From: an uncultured Alphaproteobacteria bacterium
Lineage (GTDB): Bacteria > Pseudomonadota > Alphaproteobacteria > Rhodobacterales > Rhodobacteraceae
Direction of reading: 5' to 3'
DNA length: 64,000 bases
Assembly (NCBI GenBank): GCA_942492375.1
Contig: CALOEL010000018.1
Coordinates: 22,706 to 86,705 of the forward strand
The position numbers and the translations under genes are program-made. Positions 27,700 through 36,134 of the stretch are shown piece by piece. The notes under the pieces were generated by a model that saw nothing but the letters and a program-made list of their open reading frames with translations, made no database searches and was not told the DNA's origin. How positions within the stretch are numbered: the stretch's first letter is position 1; every line of letters begins with the position of its first letter.

Positions 27700-30600
27700 A
27701 TGGGCACCGAAGACATCACCTTGCACGACAAGTTCGATCTGGAGAAATCCACCGTCCTGATGAATGGCACGCAGGCGCTGGTCCGGCTGATGCTGATGCA
27801 GAAGGCGCGTGACCGGATGGCCGGGTTGAACACGGCCGGCTACGTGACCGGATATCGCGGTTCGCCGCTGGGCGGGGTCGATCTGCAGATGGCGAAGGCC
27901 CGCAAGGATCTTCAGGCCGCCGACGTGGTGTTCCAGGAAGGTCTGAACGAGGATCTGGCCGCTACGGCACTTTGGGGCAGCCAGCAGGCCGAGTTGCGCG
28001 GCGAGGGCAGGTTCGATGGCGTGTTCGGTCTTTGGTACGGCAAGGGTCCGGGCGTCGACCGGTCGGGCGACGTGATGCGCCACGCCAACATGGCCGGAAG
28101 TTCGCGCCATGGCGGGGTGATCATGGCGATGGGCGACGACCATACCGGCGAAAGTTCGACGACGCTGCACCAGTCCGACTGGGCGATGGTGGACACCTAC
28201 ATGCCCGTCCTGTCGCCGGCCGGGGTGCAGGAGATCCTGGATTACGGGCTTTACGGCTACGCGCTGTCGCGGTTCTCGGGGATGTGGGTCGGGCTGAAGG
28301 TGATGAAGGATACGATCGAGGTGACCTCGGTCGTCGATGGCCGTCCGGACCGGATGCAGTTCGTCACCCCAGAATTCGAGATACCGGAGGGCGGGCTGAA
28401 CATCCGGCTGGTCGATACCCCCGTCGCGCAGGAAGCGCGGATGATCGACTACAAGAGATTTGCCGCGGAAGCCTTCGCGCGCGCGAACAATATCGACAAG
28501 CGGGTCTGGGGCAAGCCTGGTGCGAAGATCGGATTCGTGGCGGCGGGTAAGAACTGGCTGGACCTCGCCCATGCGATGAGCCTTCTCGGCATCGACCGGG
28601 ACGAGGCGGAGCGGCTGGGGATCACGACCTACAAGGTCGGGCAGGTCTGGCCGCTGGACATGAAATCGTTCCACGACTGGGCCGAAGGGCTGGAGCTGAT
28701 CGTCGTCGTAGAAGAAAAGCGCAAGCTGATCGAGGTGCAGGTCAAGGAGGCGCTGTTCGACGACACCAACCGGCGCGTCTATGGCTGGATGAAGAACGGC
28801 GAAGAGCTGTTCCCGACCCGCTACGCGCTGTCGCCGACCCATATCGCGAAGTCCATCGGCAAGCTGCTGATCGAGGAAGGTCGCGGCACTGACGGCATCA
28901 AGGACGGACTGCAAGCGATTGAAGACGCTGAGAAAGCGGATAACGCCCCGGAACTGGCGGCGCGGTTGCCGTATTTCTGTTCCGGGTGCCCGCACAACAC
29001 CTCGACGCGGTTGCCCGAGGGGTCGCGTGCCTATGCGGGGATCGGTTGTCACTACATGGTGCAGTGGATGGATCGCGACACCGTCGGTTTCACCCAGATG
29101 GGCGGCGAGGGCGCGAACTGGATCGGCGAGGCGCCGTTCTCGAAGCGCGAGCATGTGTTCCAGAACCTCGGCGACGGCACCTATAACCATTCCGGTGTGC
29201 AGGCGATCCGCGCCGCCTTGGCGGCGGGAACGAACATCACCTACAAGATCCTGTTCAATGATGCCGTCGCGATGACCGGCGGCCAGAAGAACGAGGGCGG
29301 GCTGACCGCCGACCGCATCGTGCGCGAAGTGCAGGCGATGGGTGTCGAGCATCTGGCCGTGGTCTATGACGAGAAAGAGGAATCCGCGCTGGGCGATATG
29401 CCCCGCGGCGTCTCTCGACATCCCCGGTCCGAGCTGCTTTCGGTGGAAGAGAAGTTTCGTAAGATCAACGGTGTATCGGTCATCGTTTACGTTCAGACCT
29501 GTGCCGCCGAGAAGCGCCGCCGCCGCAAGCGCGGGCAGTTTCCGGACCCCGACAAGCGGGTGTTCATCAACACCGACATCTGCGAGGGCTGCGGCGATTG
29601 CGGGGTGCAGTCGAACTGCGTCTCGATCGTGCCGGTCGAGACCGAGCTGGGCCGCAAGCGGGCGATCGACCAGTCCTCGTGCAACAAGGACTATTCCTGC
29701 TTGCAGGGCTTCTGCCCCTCCTTCGTGACCGTCGAGGGCGCGAAGATCAGGAAGGCCGCGACGGTGGAGCTGGATCTGGGCGAGTTGCCACAGCCCGAAT
29801 TGCCCGCCATCGACGGCACCCATAACGTCGTCATCACCGGGGTCGGCGGCACCGGGGTGGTGACCATCGGCGCGGTCATGGCGATGGCCGCCTATCTGGA
29901 CGGCAAGGGTGCCGGGATGATGGAGATGGCGGGCCTGGCGCAAAAGGGCGGCGCGGTCCATATCCATTGCCGTCTGGCGAACGCACCCGAGGATATCAGC
30001 GCGATCCGGGTCGCCACCGGCGAATGCGACGCGCTGATCGGTGGCGATCTGGTGGTCAGCGCCGGTGCCAAGACGCTGGGGCTGATGACGACCGGGCGCA
30101 CCGGCGGCGTGGTCAACAGCCACGAGATCATGACCGGCGATTTCACCCGCAACACCGAGTTCCGTCTGCCGACCGAGCAGCTGATGCTGTCGTTGCGGGC
30201 GCGGCTGGGCGACGGGCTGGCGATGTTCGACGCGTCGGAACTGGCGCGGGCGGTGATGGGCGATTCGATCTATTCCAACATGATCCTGTTCGGCGCCGCC
30301 TGGCAGCGCGGGCTGGTGCCGTTGAGCGAGGCGGCGATTCTGAAGGCGATCGAGCTGAACGGTGCAGCCATCGAGCGCAACAAGTACGCCTTCGAGATCG
30401 GCCGCTGGGCGGTGCTGAACGGTAAAGAGGTCGAGCGCATCCTTGCCCCCAAGGTGGTCGAACTGCCGAAGACGCTGGAGGATCGGATCGCCTTCCGCGC
30501 CGATCACCTGGTCGCCTACCAGTCGCGGCGGCTGGCCAACCGCTATCGCAAACTGGTTGATGCGGTTGACGATGCGCGGCTGAAAGAGGCGGTCGCCAGG

Positions 30601-31098
30601 GGCTATCACAAGGTGCTGGCCTACAAGGACGAATACGAGGTCGCGCGGCTGATGCAGGAGACCGAAGCCAAGGCGAAGGCGGAATTCGATGGCGATCTGA
30701 AACTGACCTATCTGATGGCGCCGCCGGTGCTGTCGCGCAAGGGCGCTGACGGACGGCCGAAGAAGCGCGAATTCGGCAGCTGGATCGTGTCGGCGCTGTC
30801 GGTGCTGCCCCGGTTGAAGGCGTTGCGGGGCACGCCGCTCGACCCGTTCGGCTGGTCGGCCGAGCGGAAGATGGAGCGCGGGCTGATCGGGCAATACGAG
30901 GCCGACATGACCGAGGTCCTGGACAAGCTGAAGCCCGAGACGATGTACGCCGCCGTGGCGCTTGCGGAACTGCCGTTGCAGATCCGCGGTTTCGGGCCGG
31001 TAAAAGCCGCGAATCACGCCAAGGCGATGAAGCGCCGCGAGGAACTGCTGACCGTCCTGCGCTCTGGCGGGGCGCCGTTGCAACAGGCCGCCGAGTGA
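27700..31098 (+). CDS. Indolepyruvate ferredoxin oxidoreductase family protein (fused alpha/beta, 2-oxoacid:ferredoxin oxidoreductase)
   Basis: MGTEDITLHDKFDLEKSTVLMNGTQALVRLMLMQ...GYRGSPLGG.... Ferredoxin-type cysteine cluster CEGCGDCGVQSNC. About 1132 aa. Confidence 0.9.
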   Translation: MGTEDITLHDKFDLEKSTVLMNGTQALVRLMLMQKARDRMAGLNTAGYVTGYRGSPLGGVDLQMAKARKDLQAADVVFQEGLNEDLAATALWGSQQAELRGEGRFDGVFGLWYGKGPGVDRSGDVMRHANMAGSSRHGGVIMAMGDDHTGESSTTLHQSDWAMVDTYMPVLSPAGVQEILDYGLYGYALSRFSGMWVGLKVMKDTIEVTSVVDGRPDRMQFVTPEFEIPEGGLNIRLVDTPVAQEARMIDYKRFAAEAFARANNIDKRVWGKPGAKIGFVAAGKNWLDLAHAMSLLGIDRDEAERLGITTYKVGQVWPLDMKSFHDWAEGLELIVVVEEKRKLIEVQVKEALFDDTNRRVYGWMKNGEELFPTRYALSPTHIAKSIGKLLIEEGRGTDGIKDGLQAIEDAEKADNAPELAARLPYFCSGCPHNTSTRLPEGSRAYAGIGCHYMVQWMDRDTVGFTQMGGEGANWIGEAPFSKREHVFQNLGDGTYNHSGVQAIRAALAAGTNITYKILFNDAVAMTGGQKNEGGLTADRIVREVQAMGVEHLAVVYDEKEESALGDMPRGVSRHPRSELLSVEEKFRKINGVSVIVYVQTCAAEKRRRRKRGQFPDPDKRVFINTDICEGCGDCGVQSNCVSIVPVETELGRKRAIDQSSCNKDYSCLQGFCPSFVTVEGAKIRKAATVELDLGELPQPELPAIDGTHNVVITGVGGTGVVTIGAVMAMAAYLDGKGAGMMEMAGLAQKGGAVHIHCRLANAPEDISAIRVATGECDALIGGDLVVSAGAKTLGLMTTGRTGGVVNSHEIMTGDFTRNTEFRLPTEQLMLSLRARLGDGLAMFDASELARAVMGDSIYSNMILFGAAWQRGLVPLSEAAILKAIELNGAAIERNKYAFEIGRWAVLNGKEVERILAPKVVELPKTLEDRIAFRADHLVAYQSRRLANRYRKLVDAVDDARLKEAVARGYHKVLAYKDEYEVARLMQETEAKAKAEFDGDLKLTYLMAPPVLSRKGADGRPKKREFGSWIVSALSVLPRLKALRGTPLDPFGWSAERKMERGLIGQYEADMTEVLDKLKPETMYAAVALAELPLQIRGFGPVKAANHAKAMKRREELLTVLRSGGAPLQQAAE

Positions 31099-31167
31099 TC
31101 GGCGGCTGTCATCGTCCTGTCGCGCTCGAGTGATGAATGTGAGCATGAGACGGGAGAGGGCGCGAAT

Positions 31168-32067
31168 GTGAAGCCGCGGAAGGGTGCACTCCTGACCGAA
31201 CGCCAGATGGCGCGCGACATCAGCTATGCCAGTTCCGCGCGGTCGCGCGGCGGGCAGGCGCTGATCCGCGCGCTGGAGAACGCGACCGGACGGCTGCGGC
31301 TGATCCGGCGGGCACAGGGCTATCAGGCCGAGGTCGCCGGGGGCCGGGATTTCTGGCAGGTGATGCTGGAGCGTTACGGGCTCAGCCTCGACGTGGTGGC
31401 GGGCAGTCTTGACGACATTCCGGCCGAGGGGCCGCTGATCCTGATCGCGAATCATCCCAATGGCATCCTTGACGGGCTGATGATGGGCTACATCCTGTCG
31501 GCGCTGCGGGGCGATTTCCGCATCGTCGCGCACAAGGTCTTCCGCAAGGCCGAGGATCTGGACCGGGTGATCCTGCCAATCTCCTTCGACGAGACCAAGG
31601 AGGCCGTGGCGCTGAACCTCGAGACCCGGAAGGAGGCGCTGGCCTATCTGGGCCGCGGCGGCGCGATCGGCATCTTTCCGGGCGGCACCGTCAGCACCGC
31701 GCCGAAGCCGTTCGGCCGGCCGATGGATCCGCGCTGGCGCATCTTCACCGCGAAGATGGTCACGAAATCCGAGGCGGCGGTGGTGCCGGTCTTCTTCGAG
31801 GGTCATAACAGCCGGATGTTCCAGCTGGCCAGCCATCTGCATGCCAATCTGCGGCTGGCGCTCTTGATCAAGGAGTTCCGCGCCCGGCTGGGCGGGCCTG
31901 TGCGGGTGGCCATCGGCAAGCCGATCCCGCGCGAGGTGCTGGACCGTCATGCGACGGACACGAAAAGCATGATGGATTTCCTGCGCCAACAGACGTATGC
32001 CCTGTCTCCGATACCGCTCAAATCCATGGGATATGGGTTCGAGTTCGATACGAGATACAGGGTCTAG
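31168..32067 (+). CDS. Lysophospholipid (PlsC-type) acyltransferase family protein
   Basis: HX4D acyltransferase motif NHPNGILDG and FPGGTVS block. GTG start at 31168 preceded by GGGAGAGGG. Stop abuts the murI ATG. Confidence 0.75.
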   Translation: MKPRKGALLTERQMARDISYASSARSRGGQALIRALENATGRLRLIRRAQGYQAEVAGGRDFWQVMLERYGLSLDVVAGSLDDIPAEGPLILIANHPNGILDGLMMGYILSALRGDFRIVAHKVFRKAEDLDRVILPISFDETKEAVALNLETRKEALAYLGRGGAIGIFPGGTVSTAPKPFGRPMDPRWRIFTAKMVTKSEAAVVPVFFEGHNSRMFQLASHLHANLRLALLIKEFRARLGGPVRVAIGKPIPREVLDRHATDTKSMMDFLRQQTYALSPIPLKSMGYGFEFDTRYRV

Positions 32068-32881
32068 ATGGCGGTTGGCATATTCGATTCGGGGCTGGGC
32101 GGGCTGACCGTGCTGAGCGCGGTGCAGCGGCGTCTGCCCGATGTTCCCTTCGTCTATCTCGGCGACAACGCCCATGCGCCCTATGGCGTGCGCACCGCCG
32201 ACGACATCTATGGCCTGACCACTGCCGCCACGCAGCGGCTGTTCGATGCGGGTTGCGACCTGGTGATCCTGGCCTGCAACACCGCCAGCGCCGGCCGCGC
32301 TGCGCCGGATGCAGGAGGCCTGGGTGCCGTCGGGCAAGCGGGTGCTGGGGGTCTTCGTGCCGCTGATCGAGGCCTTGACCGAACGGCAATGGGGCGACAA
32401 CAGCCCGCCGCGCGAGGTCGCGGTCAAGCATGTGGCATTGTTCGCGACGCCCGCGACGGTGTCGAGCCGGGCGTTTCAGCGCGAGCTTGCCTTTCGCGCC
32501 ATCGGGGTCGATGTCGAGGCGCAGGCCTGCGGCGGGGTGGTGGACGCGATCGAAGAGGGCGATCTGATCCTGGCCGAGGCGCTGGTCCGGAGCCATGTCG
32601 ATGCGCTGAAGCGCAAGATGCCCGATCCGCAGGCGGCGGTCTTGGGCTGCACCCATTACCCGCTGATGGACGAGGTCTTTCAGGATGCGCTGGGGCCGGG
32701 CGTCGCGGTTTATTCGCAGGCCAATCTTGTGGCCGAGAGCCTTGCGGATTATCTGGAACGGCATCCCGGCATGACCGGGCCCGGACAGGAGAGCCTGTTC
32801 CTGACCACCGGCGATCCGCGCAAGGTCTCGATGCGGGCGACGCAGTTCATGCGCCGGCAGGTCGAGTTCCAGGCGGCCTGA
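32068..32881 (+). pseudogene. murI: Glutamate racemase MurI, reading frame broken by a 1-nt insertion near 32293
   Basis: The N-terminal part ([16 protein letters not shown]...[11 protein letters not shown]...LACNTASA) is in frame 1. The C-terminal part (...[11 protein letters not shown]...LGCTHYPL...) is in frame 2. Total span is 814 nt, i.e. 3n+1. Confidence 0.8.
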
Positions 32882-32918
32882 ACGGAGCCGGATGTCATTC
32901 CGAAGCCAGGGAGAGGCA

Positions 32919-33947
32919 ATGACCCAGAAGATCGCGATACTCGGAGCCTCGGGCTATACCGGCGCGGAGCTTGTCCGGCTGATCGCCACCCATCCCTCGA
33001 TGGAGATCGCGGCACTGTCGGGCGACCGCAAGGCGGGGATGGAGATGGCCGAGGTGTTCCCGCATCTGCGCCATCTCGACCTGCCGAAGCTGGCGACGAT
33101 CGACGAGATCGACTTTGACGGGATCGACCTGGCCTTTGCCGCGCTGCCGCATGCGATGAGTCAGGAGATGATCAGCGGGCTGCCGAAAGGGCTAAAGGTC
33201 GTGGACCTTTCTGCCGATTTCCGGCTGCGCGATCCGGCGGCCTACGAAAAGTGGTATGGCAAGCCGCATGCCGCGGTCGAGATGCAGAAAGAGGCGGTCT
33301 ACGGGCTGACCGAGTTCTACCGTGACGAGATCCGGTCGGCGCGGCTGGTGGCCGGCACCGGCTGCAACGCCGCGACGGTGCAATTCGCGCTGCGGCCATT
33401 GATCGAGGCCGGGCTGATCGATCTCGATGAGATCATCTGCGACCTGAAGAACGGTGTTTCGGGGGCCGGTCGCTCGCTGAAGGAGAACATGCTGTTTGCC
33501 GAGCGCTGCGAGGATGCGATGGCCTATTCGGCGGGCGGCACGCACCGGCACCTTGGCGAATTCGACCAGGAGTTCAGCCGGATCGCCGGGCGCAATGTCG
33601 AGATCGTCTTTACCCCGCATTTGATCCCGGTCAATCGCGGCATCCTTGCGACCTGCTATGTGAAGGGCGAGGCCGAGGCGATTCATGCCGCCTTGGCGGA
33701 ACGCTATGACAAGGAGCCGTTCATCGTCACGCTGCCGTTCGGCCGGATGCCGGGGATCTCGCATGTGCAGGGATCGAACTTCGCCCATATCGGCGTGGGC
33801 GGCGACAGGGTGGCCGGTCGGGCGATCGTGGTCGCGGCGCTCGACAATCTCTGCAAGGGGTCTTCGGGCCAGGCAGTGCAGAACGCGAACCTGATGCTGG
33901 GGCTGGAGGAGACGGCGGGGCTGATGCAGGCGCCGGTCTTCCCGTAA
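32919..33947 (+). CDS. argC: N-acetyl-gamma-glutamyl-phosphate reductase
   Basis: Internal ATG at 32919 ([26 protein letters not shown]...) preceded by GGGAGAGG. 342 aa. Confidence 0.9.
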   Translation: MTQKIAILGASGYTGAELVRLIATHPSMEIAALSGDRKAGMEMAEVFPHLRHLDLPKLATIDEIDFDGIDLAFAALPHAMSQEMISGLPKGLKVVDLSADFRLRDPAAYEKWYGKPHAAVEMQKEAVYGLTEFYRDEIRSARLVAGTGCNAATVQFALRPLIEAGLIDLDEIICDLKNGVSGAGRSLKENMLFAERCEDAMAYSAGGTHRHLGEFDQEFSRIAGRNVEIVFTPHLIPVNRGILATCYVKGEAEAIHAALAERYDKEPFIVTLPFGRMPGISHVQGSNFAHIGVGGDRVAGRAIVVAALDNLCKGSSGQAVQNANLMLGLEETAGLMQAPVFP

Positions 33948-33957
33948 GGAGCGGAAT

Positions 33958-34401
33958 ATGAAGGGGTTGAAGAAGAAGCGCAGGATTCAGGTCATCGCGG
34001 TCGCGGTGGTGGCGCTGGTGCTGTCCACGGCCTTGATCGGCTACGCGATGCGGGACGGAATCAACTTTTTCCGCGCGCCGGCGCAGGTCCTGGCGGAACC
34101 GCCGGGGCCGAACGAGGTGTTCCGGATCGGCGGGCTGGTCGAGGATGGCACGCTTGTGCGCGGGCAGGGCGAGACAATCACCTTCCGGGTGACCGACGGC
34201 GCCGCCTCGGTTCCGGTCAGTTATACCGGGGTGCTGCCGGATCTCTTCAAGGAGGGCGAGGGCATGGTCGGGACCGGACGGCTGGTCGACGGTGTCTTCG
34301 AGGCGTCGGAGATCCTGGCCAAGCATGACGAGACCTATATGCCGAAAGAGGTCATCGACGCGCTGAAGGAGCAGGGCGTCTATGTCGATCCGAACAGTTG
34401 A
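33958..34401 (+). CDS. ccmE: Cytochrome c maturation heme chaperone CcmE
   Basis: MKGLKKKRRIQVIAVAVVALVL...FRIGGLV...AKHDETYMPKEV (heme-binding His motif). 147 aa. Confidence 0.9.
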   Translation: MKGLKKKRRIQVIAVAVVALVLSTALIGYAMRDGINFFRAPAQVLAEPPGPNEVFRIGGLVEDGTLVRGQGETITFRVTDGAASVPVSYTGVLPDLFKEGEGMVGTGRLVDGVFEASEILAKHDETYMPKEVIDALKEQGVYVDPNS

Positions 34402-34409
34402 AGGGCGGT

Positions 34410-34496
34410 GACGCGCGTTCCGCGCGTCGCTGATTTCAGGGCGCGTCCTGCGGACGCGACGATGCCTCCGGCGGGGATATTTGCCAGACAATGAAG
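34410..34496 (+). repeat. Structured intergenic repeat, copy A
   Basis: Hairpin GACGCGC-gttcc-GCGCGTC, hairpin GCGTCC-tgc-GGACGC, then the box GATGCCTCCGGCGGGGATATTTGCCAGACAATGAAG. The box matches copy B at 34 of 36 positions. Confidence 0.8.
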
Positions 34497-34555
34497 GACA
34501 GGCGGCCTGCGCGCGGTGGCTTGCGGGCGGGTTAACCAATTCGACGCAGCCTTGG

Positions 34556-34569
34556 GGTGAATTTTCACC
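34556..34569 (+). promoter_or_regulatory. Perfect 14-bp palindrome immediately upstream of the muramidase gene
   Basis: GGTGAATTTTCACC, 17 nt before ATG 34586. Confidence 0.35.
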
Positions 34570-34585
34570 AGCCTGGCGGATGTCC

Positions 34586-35197
34586 ATGAAGACTGTCGAT
34601 GCGATTGCCGATGAAATCCTGGCCCGCGAGGGCGGCTATGTTGACGATCCGGACGATCCGGGCGGCGCGACCAATCACGGCGTGACGATCGGCACGCTGC
34701 GGCGGCTGCGCATGGACCTGACCGGCGACGGCCGTGTCGATGCCGCCGACGTGGCGGCTTTGTCCCGCGACCAGGCAAAGGCGATCCTGATCCGGGATTA
34801 TTTCGACCGGCCGCGAATCGCGGAACTGCCGGAGCCGCTACAGGCGTCGGTTTTCGACATGTATGTGAATGCCGGCGCCAACGCGGTGGAGATCCTGCAG
34901 CGGCTTCTGCGCGACATGGGACAGGCGATCGCCGTGGACGGCATCATCGGGCCGCGCACGATCGCGGCGGCGGCGCTGGCGCAGGCGGCGGCGCCGGGCC
35001 ATCTGGCGGATGCCTACGGGATCGCGCGGCGCAATTACTATTACGCGCTGGCCGACCGGCGTCCGGCCAGCCGCAAATATGCCCGCCGCCGCGATGGCGG
35101 CAAGGGCGGCTGGATCCTGCGCGCCGAGACCTTCATGTCGCGCCGCTATCATCTGACCGAGGCCGAACATGCGCGGCGGGTGGCGGCATGGGGCTGA
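34586..35197 (+). CDS. Glycoside hydrolase family 108 N-acetylmuramidase with PG_binding_3 domain (holin-associated endolysin)
   Basis: MKTVDAIADEILAREGGYVDDPDDPGGATNHGVT (GH108 catalytic motif) and ...VDGIIGPRTIAAA (peptidoglycan-binding). Overlaps the holin start by 10 nt. Confidence 0.8.
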   Translation: MKTVDAIADEILAREGGYVDDPDDPGGATNHGVTIGTLRRLRMDLTGDGRVDAADVAALSRDQAKAILIRDYFDRPRIAELPEPLQASVFDMYVNAGANAVEILQRLLRDMGQAIAVDGIIGPRTIAAAALAQAAAPGHLADAYGIARRNYYYALADRRPASRKYARRRDGGKGGWILRAETFMSRRYHLTEAEHARRVAAWG

Positions 35198-35721
35198 TCG
35201 AGGGGATCGTGACGCTGCTGTTCGGCGGCGGTCGCAACGCGCTGCGGGAGACGCTGGAGGTCTTCCGCGGCAATGCCGAGGCCGGCGAGGTACGAGACAC
35301 CGCCTACCGTTCGGCGGCGCTGGCGCAATTGTCGGCGGAATTCGCGGTGGAGCGGAAGGGCTGGTTCGACCGGACGGTGGATGCGGTCAACCGGCTGCCA
35401 CGCCCGGCTTTGGCGCTGGGGACACTGGGCCTGTTCGTCAGCGCGATGGCCGATCCGATCTGGTTCGCGGCGCGGATGCAGGGCATCGCGCTGGTTCCCG
35501 AGCCGCTCTGGTGGCTGCTGGGCGGGATCGTTTCATTCTATTTCGGGGCGCGGCACCAGGCGAAGGGGCACGACTTCCAACGCTCGATCGCGCTGACACT
35601 GGCGCGGGCGGCCGAGGTCTCTGACCGGCTGGGCGCGCTGGAGGCGCTGGGTGGGCGCGCGCGCGACGCGCTGTCGGGCAATGCCGCCCTGGCGGACTGG
35701 AGGGCGTCCGATGACGGATAG
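35188..35721 (+). CDS. 3TM-type holin (GTA_holin_3TM-like)
   Basis: 177-aa ORF with an N-terminal hydrophobic segment MGLIEGIVTLLFGG and TM spans ALALGTLGLFVSAMADPIWF and PLWWLLGGIVSFYFG. Architecture and pairing with the GH108 enzyme match those of the Rhodobacter GTA lysis genes. Confidence 0.7.
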   Translation: MGLIEGIVTLLFGGGRNALRETLEVFRGNAEAGEVRDTAYRSAALAQLSAEFAVERKGWFDRTVDAVNRLPRPALALGTLGLFVSAMADPIWFAARMQGIALVPEPLWWLLGGIVSFYFGARHQAKGHDFQRSIALTLARAAEVSDRLGALEALGGRARDALSGNAALADWRASDDG

Positions 35722-35890
35722 CCTCTTTCTGTCGCTGCTGACCGAGAACGGACCCTGGGTGCTACTGGTCTTCTACCTTCTCTACCGTGACTTCCAGAAG
35801 GATCAGGCCACTCGCGACCTGCTGAACAAGAACACGTCGGTCCTGACCGAACTTGCGGTTCTGATCCGCGAGCGGCTGCCGCGCAACTGA
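35711..35890 (+). CDS. Hypothetical 59-aa single-pass membrane peptide, translationally coupled to the holin
   Basis: ATG 35711 overlaps the holin stop by 11 nt. MTDSLFLSLLTENGPWVLLVFYLLYRDFQKDQATRDLLNKNTSVLTELAVLIRERLPRN. High GC3. Confidence 0.55.
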   Translation: MTDSLFLSLLTENGPWVLLVFYLLYRDFQKDQATRDLLNKNTSVLTELAVLIRERLPRN

Positions 35891-35904
35891 TGGGAGCATG
35901 ATGC

Positions 35905-36066
35905 ATGCCAAGCAAGCTGACCGAAGCGCAGGAACGCAACCGTCGGGCCGCGGAGGATCTGGACCAGGCACTCAAGGACTGCCTGGCCGCTATCCGGGGT
36001 CGGCCGGAAGCTGTCGTCGAAGGGCGGCTTCGGGTGATCGCCGGCGGGCGGGCTGCGCGCGATTGA
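35905..36066 (+). CDS. Hypothetical 53-aa soluble helical peptide (below the ORF-track length cutoff)
   Basis: My own translation: MPSKLTEAQERNRRAAEDLDQALKDCLAAIRGRPEAVVEGRLRVIAGGRAARD. GGGAG 8 nt upstream. Its GC3 is much higher than that of the overlapping 75-aa track ORF at 35898-36125. Confidence 0.35.
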   Translation: MPSKLTEAQERNRRAAEDLDQALKDCLAAIRGRPEAVVEGRLRVIAGGRAARD

Positions 36067-36134
36067 CGGCGCTTCCACCGAAGTGTGACAGCTTGTCTAT
36101 TGGCGCGGCCGCACGAACAGACTAGTGTGCCGCC

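Noticed and set aside
27490-32427. 1645-aa ORF on the minus strand, the longest in the track
   Set aside because: It runs antisense to four well-supported plus-strand genes (oxidoreductase, acyltransferase, murI start). Its sequence is Arg/Gly/Pro/His-rich with no recognisable domain. This is a typical stop-codon-poor antisense frame in high-GC DNA.
34462-34494. 10-codon micro-ORF MPPAGIF(A/S)RQ encoded inside repeat copies A and B; in copy B it lies upstream of trpC and could be mistaken for a trp leader peptide
   Set aside because: It has no Trp codons and no Shine-Dalgarno sequence, and the ATG is absent from copy C. Conservation is better explained at the nucleotide or structure level of the repeat.
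35898-36125. 75-aa track ORF MMHAKQADRSAG... downstream of the holin cassette
   Set aside because: It has poor third-position GC and Gly/Arg-rich composition. The overlapping 53-aa frame starting at 35905 has much better coding statistics and a Shine-Dalgarno sequence.
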